Below the pieces are notes generated by a model. That model had not been told where the DNA came from and did not search any database. It saw only the letters and a list, made by a program, of their open reading frames with translations. From a virus (Duplodnaviria > Caudoviricetes), in the IMG/VR virus record IMGVR_UViG_3300021255_000054: 64,000 nt of DNA; one strand, 5' to 3'. This document shows, piece by piece, positions 40,804 through 51,028 of the stretch (its first letter is position 1; the number at the start of each line of letters is the position of its first letter). The translations under genes and the position numbers were made by a program.

Positions 40804-41252
40804 AAATTTATCTTGCTGGCCCATGTGATACTGATCATCGTACAATGATGATGTCAATTGCAAAGTACTTTCGTGATAATGGACAAGAAGTGTATTGTCC
40901 TTTTGAACTTAAAATTGAAAATGCTTGGGATTATTCGCAAGAAGATTGGGCGCGATTGGTCTTTACAGAAGATATTAAAGCTATGAATGATTGTGATCTA
41001 ATGGTTGCTATTAGCCCAGGACGCATTGGAAGTGGCGGCACCAACTGGGAGATTGGGTATGCCTATGGCCGCGGAATTCCAGTTCATGTAATTCAAGTTG
41101 AAAACAATCCAACTTCTCTAATGATCTATTGTGGTTGTACTAACTTTATTAATTATGATCCAGCATATAATCCACTCGCCAATGAACTACAGTGGATTTG
41201 CGACCATGGAGCAACTGAATATCATGGAAAATGTAAAACAGTATTGACTTGA
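40800..41252 (+). CDS. second nucleoside 2-deoxyribosyltransferase-like protein
   Basis: KIYLAGP, D...D, SGGTNWEIGYAYG. Confidence 0.82.
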   Translation: MKIYLAGPCDTDHRTMMMSIAKYFRDNGQEVYCPFELKIENAWDYSQEDWARLVFTEDIKAMNDCDLMVAISPGRIGSGGTNWEIGYAYGRGIPVHVIQVENNPTSLMIYCGCTNFINYDPAYNPLANELQWICDHGATEYHGKCKTVLT

Positions 41253-41544
41253 GGTAATTATGGCAGTAAATAATATAATTCCAGGAAATGCCACATATAA
41301 TTTAACTTTTCTTAAGTGTTGGCGATGTGGCACGTTATACTCTACAGACCTTCCCATGCAAAGACATTTTCCAAAAGATGGACTTTTTAACTCCTGGTCT
41401 AGTTATGAAAGTTGTCCAATATGTGGCTGCGATACTAATGCAAATGAATGTAAAATATCTCCTGCTAAATTTAAATGGATTCGTTATTGGCGCGGAGTAA
41501 AACAGAGAATGAGAGGTAAAGAAGATTAAAGGAAGTGAATATAT

Positions 41545-41859
41545 ATGCAAAAATATAATGTAATTACTTTATGTGGTAGCACACGTTTTAAGGAAGATTT
41601 TGAACGTGTTAACAGGGAACTTACTTTGGCGGGTAATATCGTCATTAGTGTTGGTTGCTTTGGCCACGCTGGCGATGTTTTTACTGAAGAAGAAAAAATA
41701 ATGCTTGATGATATCCATAAAAGAAAGATTGATATGGCTGATGCTATTTATGTAATTAATAAAAACGGATATATTGGTGAAAGTACGAAGAGCGAAATTA
41801 AGTATGCACTTGAACATGGAAAACAAGTGATGTTAATGGAGAATCAATATGAAGTATGA
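41545..41859 (+). CDS. DUF4406-like / deoxyribosyltransferase-fold protein
   Basis: ITLCGSTRF, HKRKIDMADAIYV..GYIGEST..EI. Confidence 0.7.
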   Translation: MQKYNVITLCGSTRFKEDFERVNRELTLAGNIVISVGCFGHAGDVFTEEEKIMLDDIHKRKIDMADAIYVINKNGYIGESTKSEIKYALEHGKQVMLMENQYEV

Positions 41860-42247
41860 TTATAGAGATGCTATGGCTAATGATATTATAAATTATATAT
41901 TATATAATTGTCCTGAATATTTATCTGAAATAAATCAATCTGATGAATTGCGCGAAAAGTTATGGGAAGAATTATGGGCAGAAGATAGTATCACTGGTAA
42001 TGGTGGTAATTATTATGATACAGAAGAAAAATGTTTTGAATATATTTCAGGAAATACTGATCTAGTATATGAAGCCGCGCGTGAATTTTGTATTAATGAT
42101 AATATATATAAGATAATTGAACGTTATACAAATAAAACACTTGGACGTTATTTAGATTGTACTACACGTTGCTATATTTTAAGTAGTGCTATTGATTTAG
42201 CTTTGGAGAGGATAAAAGAAAATGTACATAAATGGAAAAACTTGTAA
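41849..42247 (+). CDS. hypothetical protein
   Basis: DSITGNG phage motif. Confidence 0.6.
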   Translation: MKYDYRDAMANDIINYILYNCPEYLSEINQSDELREKLWEELWAEDSITGNGGNYYDTEEKCFEYISGNTDLVYEAAREFCINDNIYKIIERYTNKTLGRYLDCTTRCYILSSAIDLALERIKENVHKWKNL

Positions 42248-42401
42248 TAATTGCTCACATAAAAATGTATGCAAATATATGAAAGATGTACAAGAAACTA
42301 TTGAAAGTATACATATGAATAGAGAGTTACCAGAAGATATAAAAATAGTATTTCAAGTTGAATGCAAGCATTGGGGAGAGCCAATTATCAATACAAGATA
42401 A

Positions 42402-42430
42402 TTGACTCTTTTTTAAATTTATGTTATAAT
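42402..42430 (+). promoter_or_regulatory. sigmaA promoter
   Basis: TTGACT-N17-TATAAT with extended TG. Confidence 0.8.
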
Positions 42431-42464
42431 TATTTGTAAAGAGAAAGAGAATGGATGTGATTTA

Positions 42465-44327
42465 ATGCCTGATAATTATGGTATAGACTCAATTCAAAGT
42501 TTGGACTTCAGAGAAGGTGTCCGTACGCGAATTCAGATGTATTTAGGTTCGGATGATAATGAAGGAACTTACCAGGCTTTAAAAGAAATTATAAATAATA
42601 GTACTGATGAAGCACTTGCAGGATATGGAAAGCAAATCCGAATAATGCTAGACGAGCGGAATAATTCAGTTACGGTACGCGATTATGGTCGCGGAGTACC
42701 TTTTGGTATTCGTGAAAACGGCGAAAATGTTTTAGTATCTATATTTACTAAAAGTCATACTGGTGGTAAGTTTTCGCATGATGCCTATAAGAATGCCTCT
42801 GGTTTAAACGGAATCGGTGGTTCTTGTGTATGCCTTTCATCTAAAAATTTTACTGTTCAAAGTTTTCGAGATGGTAAACGAGCCGCGGCTATATTTGAAA
42901 AAGGAATTTTAAAGAATTATATTGAAGAGCCATGTAATAATCCTAACGGTACTAGAATAGATTTTAGTCCTGATCCTGAAGTATTTTCAAATGGCCCGAT
43001 TGGTTATGATTTTAATCGAATTTGTCAGGACATTCAAGATATTTCGTATCTTTATCCTGGAATTGAATTTATAGTTTCAAATGAAAATGATGTAAAAACT
43101 TATTGCGCGAAAAATGGTATTATTGATTTTGTAACAGTCAATGTAAAAAAGCCGCTACAAAAGCACATTATTACAGCATCTGCAGATGATGGAACTGATT
43201 CTATTGAAATTGCGTTTCAATGGGGCACTAAACGTGAAACTGCATATGTATTTGTAAATGGTCTTAGAGTTCCAGAAGGTGGTTCTCCTATTACCGGAGC
43301 TCGTGCTGCTATTACAAAAACATTTAATAATTTAGCTGATGCTTCATTTGATGGCGAATATATTCGTAAAAATCTATTTTATGTAATTAATTGTAAAGTA
43401 GAAAATCCATCATTTGCTAATCAGACTAAATCAAAAATTAATAATGCTTCACTTCGTACATTGGCTTCTACAGCTTTTACTAATGCACTTAAAGATATGA
43501 GTACTCAATATCCAAGTGAATTTAGTACAATTGTAGAAATGCTTCGTAAGATTGAAAAAGCAGAAGCAGCCGCCACAAAAGCCCGCGATGCAATTCTTAA
43601 TATGGAGAAAAAGGAAACTGAACAGCGTAAGCGCAAAGTTACTTCTTCTGATAAATATAAGGATTGCGAAAAACATGGTCAAGACTCAATGCTAATTATC
43701 TGCGAAGGTAATTCTGCGTTAGGTGGTCTGATGCCCGCGCGTGATGTTAAGACAGAAGCATTATATGCAGTGCGTGGAAAGGTCAAAAACCTAATGAAGC
43801 ATCCACTTGATGAATGCTTAGAAAATCAGGAAGTTTCTGATATTATCATGGCGCTTGGATGTGGTATTCAAGAAAAGTATAATAGTAAGAAGCTTAATTA
43901 TGGTAAAGTAGCTATTGCGGTAGATGCTGATGTAGATGGATATAATATTATGTGTCTTATTACTACACTCTTTTATGTCCTAATGCCTAAGTTTATTGAA
44001 GAAGGCAGACTCGGATGGCTGCGCGCGCCTCTTTATCGTTTAAGCAAAGGAAAACAGAGTGTGTACGCCTATGATGAAGATGAGCTTGCTGAGCTAAGAA
44101 AAACTAGACCTGGATGGGAACAGAGCCGCTTTAAGGGCCTCGGAGAATGCACTTCTGAGGATATGGAAGGTTCTATGCTACATCCAACAAATCGGCGTTT
44201 GGAGATTCTTACTATAAATGATGCTGAAGCAGCATATGAAAGTTTAAAAATGTTGATGGGTACGGAAGTTGAGGAGCGCCGGGACTTCCTGTTTGAGAAT
44301 GTGGATTTTAGTATTTTGAATAATTGA
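42465..44327 (+). CDS. gyrB: type IIA topoisomerase B subunit (GyrB/ParE)
   Basis: EIINNSTDE, DYGRGVP, GLNGIG, CEGNSA, RGK, DADVDG, RFKGLGE. Confidence 0.95.
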   Translation: MPDNYGIDSIQSLDFREGVRTRIQMYLGSDDNEGTYQALKEIINNSTDEALAGYGKQIRIMLDERNNSVTVRDYGRGVPFGIRENGENVLVSIFTKSHTGGKFSHDAYKNASGLNGIGGSCVCLSSKNFTVQSFRDGKRAAAIFEKGILKNYIEEPCNNPNGTRIDFSPDPEVFSNGPIGYDFNRICQDIQDISYLYPGIEFIVSNENDVKTYCAKNGIIDFVTVNVKKPLQKHIITASADDGTDSIEIAFQWGTKRETAYVFVNGLRVPEGGSPITGARAAITKTFNNLADASFDGEYIRKNLFYVINCKVENPSFANQTKSKINNASLRTLASTAFTNALKDMSTQYPSEFSTIVEMLRKIEKAEAAATKARDAILNMEKKETEQRKRKVTSSDKYKDCEKHGQDSMLIICEGNSALGGLMPARDVKTEALYAVRGKVKNLMKHPLDECLENQEVSDIIMALGCGIQEKYNSKKLNYGKVAIAVDADVDGYNIMCLITTLFYVLMPKFIEEGRLGWLRAPLYRLSKGKQSVYAYDEDELAELRKTRPGWEQSRFKGLGECTSEDMEGSMLHPTNRRLEILTINDAEAAYESLKMLMGTEVEERRDFLFENVDFSILNN

Positions 44328-44380
44328 CATTTACTTAAATTTATATTATAATAATCAAAAAGAAAGGAAATAATAATAAA

Positions 44381-44800
44381 ATGACACATGCATCTAGAGA
44401 TACAACAACCGGTTTAAAATTTGAAGAGCAGATTAAAACTAATACTTCCGGAATTGAACTTACTAAGCATAAACTATATAAATATCTAAATACTCTCGGA
44501 ATTAAATGGGATGATATTATTAGTAAAAAAATTTTGCCTGATGAAGCTTATTTTAATCCTATTACTAAAGAGTTAAAAATTTATGAAAAAAAATATCAAC
44601 AAGTTGCTGGTTCAGCTGATGAAAAACCTCAAACTTGTGGATTTAAGATTCATCAGTTTAAGAAAATTGGTAATGCAATTGGAGCGAAAAAAGTTACTTA
44701 TACATATTTACTTAGTTCTTGGTTTGCTAAACCAGAATATAAAGATATGCTTGATTATATTAAAAGTATCGAAGGATGCGATTATCAAATTATGGAGTGA
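44381..44800 (+). CDS. PD-(D/E)XK nuclease, restriction-endonuclease-like
   Basis: LPDEAY ... YEKKYQ..GSADEK. Confidence 0.65.
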   Translation: MTHASRDTTTGLKFEEQIKTNTSGIELTKHKLYKYLNTLGIKWDDIISKKILPDEAYFNPITKELKIYEKKYQQVAGSADEKPQTCGFKIHQFKKIGNAIGAKKVTYTYLLSSWFAKPEYKDMLDYIKSIEGCDYQIME

Positions 44801-44806
44801 TTTATT

Positions 44807-45340
44807 ATGGCTTTAAATAAAGGATATTTGACCGCAAAAACTGATAAAGCTTCTGATGAGGTATATACTCCAGCTTATGCGGTAAAACCAATTATAAAAT
44901 ATATAAAACCTACAGATATTATATGGTGTCCATTTGATATGGAAGATAGTGAGTATGTAAAATTAATTCGTGAGAATGAAAACAAAGTAATTGCGACTCA
45001 TATTGATACGGGTCATAATTTTTTTGAATATGAACCAGAAGAACATTATGATATAATTATTTCAAATCCACCATTTTCAATTAAAGATGATATTATTAAG
45101 CGGTTATATGAACTAAACAAACCTTATGCAGTGCTCCTCCCAATTCCTTCACTACAAGGGCAAAAGCGTTTTCCTTATATGAAAGATTGTCAAGCATTAA
45201 TTTTTGATAAACGTATTAATTATTATACTAATCCAATCAAAAAAGAAATTCAAAAAGGAGTGAGTTTTGGTTCATTTTATTTATGTCGCAACTTACTACC
45301 AAAAGATTTAATTTTTGAAGAGTTAAATATAAAGGATTAA
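44807..45340 (+). CDS. small N6-adenine DNA methyltransferase
   Basis: DEVYTP, IWCPFD, ISNPPFS. Confidence 0.85.
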   Translation: MALNKGYLTAKTDKASDEVYTPAYAVKPIIKYIKPTDIIWCPFDMEDSEYVKLIRENENKVIATHIDTGHNFFEYEPEEHYDIIISNPPFSIKDDIIKRLYELNKPYAVLLPIPSLQGQKRFPYMKDCQALIFDKRINYYTNPIKKEIQKGVSFGSFYLCRNLLPKDLIFEELNIKD

Positions 45341-45393
45341 TTGACAATCTATAAAATTTATGTTATAATAAATAAAAAGAAAGGAGTGAGATA

Positions 45394-47472
45394 ATGATTA
45401 AGAATGTAGACTTTCAGCACACCATTGAGGATGCATTTCTAAAGTACGGAGCTTCTATAGCTCAAGAGCGGTCATTGCCTGATGTAAGGGATATGCTCAA
45501 AATTGGTTTGCGGCAAGGTCTATATGCACAGTTTACTAATAAACTCACTCATAAAGATAAGTTCCAGAAGGCGCAAAAGAGTGTTGCCGCAGCTATGTCT
45601 CAGTCATATGTTCATGGTGATGTAGCAATGTATGATGCTCTTATTCGCGCCGCTCGGCCTTGGTCTAGCCGTTACCCACTTGAAGATGTACAAGGAAGTT
45701 ATGGTAATCCTTCATCTCCCGATAGTCATGCGGCCGCCCGTTATGTAGAAATGAAAGCGGGCGAAGTCGCAGACTTTATGTTTGACGGCCTTAAGAAAAA
45801 TGCTATTACAGAATGGTATGATAATTATGATAGTACAGAGAAAATCCCATCTGTATTTCCTTCTATTGGATATTGGAATATTGTGAATGGATGCCAAGGT
45901 ATTGCCGTAGCAATGGCAACTTCGGTGCCGCAATTTAATTTAAAAGAAGTAAACGCAGCATTAATCAAATTAATTAAGAATCCTAATGCTACTTATGATG
46001 AAATTTATTGTGCTCCTGATTTTGCAACTGGCGGATTAATTACGAATGCGAATGAAGTAAAAGAAAGCTTACGAATTGGTAAAGGGAAATCAATTCGTAT
46101 TCGCGCGAATATCAAGTATAATCCAAAAGAAAATATGCTTCAAGCCACAGAGCTTCCTTATGGCGTATTTACTAATACAGTAATGGATCAGCTTGCGGCA
46201 TTAGTAAATGATAATCCCGAATATGGAGTAGATAAAGTTATTGACCATACAAAGAAAGAAGCAGATATTCGTATTTATCTTTCTAAAGGTCAAAACCCTG
46301 ATAAGATGATTGCTAAGCTTTATCATGATACTTCATTAGAAAATCATTATTCTATTAATATGATTCTTCTGGATAAAGGACGCTTTCCAAAAGTATTTGG
46401 ATGGCGCGAAGCGTGTGAAGCTTATATTGCTCATATTAGGCAATGTAAACGCAATATCATTCAATTTGATCTTGATAAAGCACTCGCGCGCGAGAATGTA
46501 ATTAATGGATTATTAGTTGCTATAGCAAATATTGATGAAGTAGTTGCTATTATACGAGGTTCTGAAAATCCAAGCGTCGCGGCTGAAGCATTGATTGAAC
46601 GTTTCCAATTTAATAAACCGCAAGTAGATGCGATTCTATCCATGAAACTATCTTCCTTGTGCCGACTTGACGGGATAAAATTAAATAAAGAACTGGAAGA
46701 AACTAGACGTTTTATTGGCGACTGTAATTACCTATTAAATGAACCTACCGCTTTAGATGAAAAATTAATTGAAACACTAAATCTAGTATCTGAAAAATTC
46801 GGTGACTCAAGGCGCACAAAAGTTGAAAATATTTTGGGCGATGAAGAAGAACCTGAGGTAATTGAAGAAAAAGATATTTGTATTGTATATGATACAAAGA
46901 CCATTAAAGTTGTTGAGAAATCTAGCGTGAAAAAGTCAATTAAGAATCAGGAAATCTTCTATAGTACTAATTTAAGTAATTTGGTACTCTTTACTTCAAA
47001 TGGTAAATTCTATAGTGCTCCAATTTCTAAGTTGAAGTACAATAAAGACTATAAAGTAAATGAAGTATTTGAGAGCAGTACTGAGAAACCAGTATTAGTA
47101 CTTGATAGTAAAACCTTTAATGCTTTTGATTCAGTTACTATCGTAACTAAAAATGGGTTAGTTAAGAAAAGTCATATTGCAGAATATATCGTGCGTTCTA
47201 AAAAAGGAACTGCCGCGATTAAGCTAGACGAAAATGATATGGTAATTGCAGTTATTCTTAGTAGTGATGAAGATGATAGAATTGTTATAATTAGTAATAA
47301 TAATTATTATAATTGCTATCCATTATCTGAACTTACATATACTGGAAGAGTTACTAAGGGTGTTAAAGCGATTAAATTAAATCAAGATGAATATGTAAAA
47401 GAAGCTAAATGGGTAGGCGATTCTAGTTATAAAAATACCGGTCGTGCGGTAAGAGGAGTAAAGAATGAATAA
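45394..47472 (+). CDS. gyrA: type IIA topoisomerase A subunit (GyrA/ParC)
   Basis: RSLPDVRD, HGD, AAARY, GIAV.MAT, PDFATGG, C-terminal beta-pinwheel repeats. Confidence 0.95.
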   Translation: MIKNVDFQHTIEDAFLKYGASIAQERSLPDVRDMLKIGLRQGLYAQFTNKLTHKDKFQKAQKSVAAAMSQSYVHGDVAMYDALIRAARPWSSRYPLEDVQGSYGNPSSPDSHAAARYVEMKAGEVADFMFDGLKKNAITEWYDNYDSTEKIPSVFPSIGYWNIVNGCQGIAVAMATSVPQFNLKEVNAALIKLIKNPNATYDEIYCAPDFATGGLITNANEVKESLRIGKGKSIRIRANIKYNPKENMLQATELPYGVFTNTVMDQLAALVNDNPEYGVDKVIDHTKKEADIRIYLSKGQNPDKMIAKLYHDTSLENHYSINMILLDKGRFPKVFGWREACEAYIAHIRQCKRNIIQFDLDKALARENVINGLLVAIANIDEVVAIIRGSENPSVAAEALIERFQFNKPQVDAILSMKLSSLCRLDGIKLNKELEETRRFIGDCNYLLNEPTALDEKLIETLNLVSEKFGDSRRTKVENILGDEEEPEVIEEKDICIVYDTKTIKVVEKSSVKKSIKNQEIFYSTNLSNLVLFTSNGKFYSAPISKLKYNKDYKVNEVFESSTEKPVLVLDSKTFNAFDSVTIVTKNGLVKKSHIAEYIVRSKKGTAAIKLDENDMVIAVILSSDEDDRIVIISNNNYYNCYPLSELTYTGRVTKGVKAIKLNQDEYVKEAKWVGDSSYKNTGRAVRGVKNE

Positions 47473-47851
47473 AAAGTATATTGAACTATTTTAGGAAATG
47501 TCTAAAGCTATGGCAGTATCTGCTGAAACTGTCGCTGAATATGATAGGTAGCATAATGATAAGAAAGGTGAGAAAGCCGCGCTTCAAATGCGTGATGATT
47601 ATCAAGCGCTTCTTGATAAAATTAAAGAATTTGGTGAGGATTATGTCCCTACTAAAAACGATTGTGCTAAATTCACAGTTGCCGCAATGGTGCTGGTAAA
47701 TCAGTTGCAAGATAGAATGAATGCACTTAAAAAATCCATTGTTGGATATCAAACAGACTTAATTCCTAAATTACAGGAAATTGTAGATAAAGCCACTGAT
47801 GAAAATATCGTGGAAATGATTGAAGAAAAGTTTAATATTAAAGACAACTAA
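47465..47851 (+). CDS. hypothetical protein (1 TAG)
   Basis: GAGGAG RBS; ATG in frame with track ORF 47588 across a TAG. Confidence 0.65.
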
Positions 47852-47938
47852 ATATTTGATTTTTAATGAAATTTAAAGTATAATTAATATGTAAAAAAAG
47901 AAGAGGGCAAAAGCCCCAAAGAAAAGGAGAAATTATAT

Positions 47939-48304
47939 ATGACTATTAATTCTGAAAAGGTACTAAATTTTCTAAAGGAACATTATGGACAGGAATATAG
48001 TAAGCAGGAGATTGCTGATGCACTAGGGATTTCTCTCAGTGCAGTAATTGGCTCTATTAATCCACTAGAAACGAAGGGATATTCTCGTATCGCGCGTGAG
48101 GAAACGGTTGAACTGGAGCCCGCTACTGAAACTCGTAAGGCTAAGACCAAGGTAGTTAAGTATCATACTCTAACTGAAGAAGGTCTAGCTTATGATCCAG
48201 TTGCTGAAGAAGCCGCTAAGGCTGCTGCTAAGCAGGCGGATAAGGAACGTAGGGCCGCAGAAAGAGCTGCTAAGAAGGCTGCTAAGGAAGCCGCGGCTGA
48301 ATAA
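47939..48304 (+). CDS. HTH DNA-binding protein with Ala/Lys-rich tail
   Basis: EIADALGIS HTH; AAKAAAK tail. Confidence 0.75.
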   Translation: MTINSEKVLNFLKEHYGQEYSKQEIADALGISLSAVIGSINPLETKGYSRIAREETVELEPATETRKAKTKVVKYHTLTEEGLAYDPVAEEAAKAAAKQADKERRAAERAAKKAAKEAAAE

Positions 48305-48367
48305 TTGACAATATTTAAAAAATAAAGTATAATAAATAAAAAGAATAAATAAAAGGGGAAAAGAAAA

Positions 48368-49261
48368 ATGAAGAGTATTAAAGTATAGGCAGAAAACAAA
48401 ATCAATCTAGTTGGTAAATTACTTGATGCAACTTTTGGTGATGGTAAGCTATCCGATGGACGTCATTATGAGCGGGCTACTGTAACAGTTCGTGTAACTC
48501 AGACTTATGGTGGTAAGACTGAAACAAGTGAAATTCCGGTTGGAATGTTCGCAACTGATTTCACTTCTACTGGTAAGCCTAATCCCGCGATGAAGAGTAT
48601 TCACGATCTAAAGTTAATGAATACTGCTCAGAATGTTGGCATTGATGCTGCCGCAAATGTACGGTTTAGTGGTATTTCTCTTCAGGAGAATAATTTCGTA
48701 TCTCGTACTGGTCAGCTTATTAATGGCTGGCAGCTACGCGGTAGCTTCGTAAGTGAAGCGAAGGTTTCTGATGTTGGGTCTTTTGCTGTAGAAATATTCA
48801 TTATGGATATGCATGATGAAGTAGATAACAATGGTGATCCTACAGGACGTTTAGTTCTTCGTGGCGGTATTGTACAGTACGATGGACGTCTTGATGTTGT
48901 AAACTTTATTGTTGAAGCTCCCGATGCAGTAGAATATATTTCTCAGCATTGGAATACTCAGGATACAGTAGTTGTAAAAGGACGTATTCGTGTGACCTCT
49001 GAGGAACAGGAAGTTGCTTCTAGTGGTTGGGGTGAAGAAGTTCCTGAGACCACAACTCGTTATGTGCGCGAACTAATTGTTACAACTGGTCTAGATCCTA
49101 AAGAAGAAGATTTTGCTTATGATCCTACAGAGATCAAGAAGGCATTTAATGAACGTAAGGCCGCAATTGAGCAGATGCAGGAAAATGCTCGTGCTCATGC
49201 TACAAAAGGAACAACAGCAAATGCTCCTTCTACCGCGGCAAATAAGTACAGTTGGGAGTAA
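48368..49261 (+). CDS. ssb: phage single-stranded DNA-binding protein (1 TAG)
   Basis: MKSIKV(Q)AENKINLVG; two OB-like halves, aromatic/acidic end; precedes AAA_24. Confidence 0.7.
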
Positions 49262-49304
49262 GGCATAAGCCTTACTTTCCTTTTCTGTATGAGAGGTGAT
49301 TTAA

Positions 49305-50303
49305 ATGGCGGATATTGATATTTTTTCTCTGGAGCCTTCCAAGATTTCAAGAGATCTTAAGGGAAAATTCTTGCTAATCTACGGTCAGCCAAAGACAGGT
49401 AAATCTACTTTTGGTAGCCAGCTTCCACGCGCTTTGTTTATGAACTTTGAACAAGGTACTAACGCGCTTGCTGGTATTCGTAGCGCTCCTATTCTACGTT
49501 GGACTGATGCTAAGAAAGTCTTAACTCAGCTACGTAAGCCACAGGCAAAAGAGATGTATGATAGTATTGTTGTTGATACTGCTTCAATCGCTTGGCAACT
49601 ATGTGAAAAGTATATTTGCCAGCGTGAAAATGTAGATAGTATTCGAGATGTGCCTTGGGGCCAAGGTTGGAATATGCTAAAGACTGAGTTCTCAGAATTC
49701 TGGCGTGAAATTACACTACTTGGTTTTGGTATTCTTTTTATTGCGCATAGTAAGGATAAGCCAACAGAAATGCGCGATGAGGATGGGAATGCAATTACTG
49801 CTGTATGTCCTGATCTTCCAAATCAAGCTTATACTATCATTAACTCAATTGTTGATATTATTGGATATTTACAGGTTCAGATGAATCCCGACGGAACTTC
49901 TGAACGTTATCTATATACTCGTTCTACTCCGACAGTATTTGCAGGTAGTCGTTATCAGTATCTTGCTCCAAAGATTAAATTTGGATATCAAGAATTGGTA
50001 GATGCTATTGGAGATGCTATTGATAAGGCAGTAGAACTTGATGGTGCACAAGTTACTGATCATACTGAAATCGCGCAGATTAAGGACAGACCTTTCCCAG
50101 AGGTAATGACTGAAGCGCGTAATGTATGGAGTAGCTATCTTGATAGCGCTAAGAATGATGAAGAGAAAGATCAGCATTTAATGATTATGAAGGATATTAT
50201 TAAAAAGGTCTTTGGATCTGAGGAATTTAAACTCAGCCAAGCAGTGCCTTCTCAATCTTCACTTGTTGAATACTTTATTGATGAAGTAAAGCAGTTAATG
50301 TAA
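49305..50303 (+). CDS. AAA_24 / Sak4-like ATPase
   Basis: YGQPKTGKST, IVVDT, FIAH, VDIIGY. Confidence 0.85.
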   Translation: MADIDIFSLEPSKISRDLKGKFLLIYGQPKTGKSTFGSQLPRALFMNFEQGTNALAGIRSAPILRWTDAKKVLTQLRKPQAKEMYDSIVVDTASIAWQLCEKYICQRENVDSIRDVPWGQGWNMLKTEFSEFWREITLLGFGILFIAHSKDKPTEMRDEDGNAITAVCPDLPNQAYTIINSIVDIIGYLQVQMNPDGTSERYLYTRSTPTVFAGSRYQYLAPKIKFGYQELVDAIGDAIDKAVELDGAQVTDHTEIAQIKDRPFPEVMTEARNVWSSYLDSAKNDEEKDQHLMIMKDIIKKVFGSEEFKLSQAVPSQSSLVEYFIDEVKQLM

Positions 50304-50307
50304 TATA

Positions 50308-50442
50308 AATATAGTGGCGGAATAGGTAGACGCTACACAATGGTGTGAGAGTATGGCGACCTATGTGCAAAGTAGAACGTGCCAGAGCGATTCGAAGAGA
50401 TATAGCCGAAACCATGTAAGGTGCAAATCCTTACCTATATTT
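50308..50442 (+). ncRNA. tRNA-like RNA with ~80-nt insert (copy B)
   Basis: AATATAG/CTATATT; TGGCGGAATAGGTAGACGC; CATGTAAGGTGCAAATCCTTAC; followed by terminator AGAGCC-GTAA-GGCTCT and T run. Confidence 0.6.
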
Positions 50443-50527
50443 TAGAGCCGTAAGGCTCTTTTTTATTTGACAAATTTTAGAATTATGGTATAATATATAT
50501 AGAATGAAATGTAAAGGAGAGTGGAAT

Positions 50528-51016
50528 ATGAAAATCACTCGAAAGTGTTTTGGATGTAAGGAAGACTTCCGTAAAGAAGAATTAGTAGAATATTCTTCAC
50601 CGTCAGGAAAAACTTCAAATTGGTATTGTCCAAAATGTTTAGCAGAAAAGCAGTCGCGCGAAAAGTTTATGAATAAGATATGTATGATATTTGGCATTAA
50701 AGCTCCCGGGCCACTTATCTGGACGCAGAGAAAGCGGTTAAAGGCTGAATATGGGTATACTGATGAATCTATTGTTGATTGTCTTGAATATCTATACAAA
50801 GTAGAACATTATAAAATTTTAAAAGATTCATTAGGATTGGTGGCACCCTGGTCAATGGAAAAAATGCGTGAATGGAAAAAGAATGAAGAAGCTCGCGCGA
50901 GTAGTATTGCCGCCGCGATTGCAAATACTCCAATGAAAGAATATGTTGTACCAATTAAAGAAAATGTATCTAAGAAAAAGGAAATAAATCTAGATGACGG
51001 TTTGTTTGATGATTAA
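50528..51016 (+). CDS. Zn-binding protein upstream of the helicase (possible loader)
   Basis: CxxC..CxxC; position matches the SPbeta-type replication module. Confidence 0.6.
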   Translation: MKITRKCFGCKEDFRKEELVEYSSPSGKTSNWYCPKCLAEKQSREKFMNKICMIFGIKAPGPLIWTQRKRLKAEYGYTDESIVDCLEYLYKVEHYKILKDSLGLVAPWSMEKMREWKKNEEARASSIAAAIANTPMKEYVVPIKENVSKKKEINLDDGLFDD

Positions 51017-51028
51017 GGAGGATTGGAA

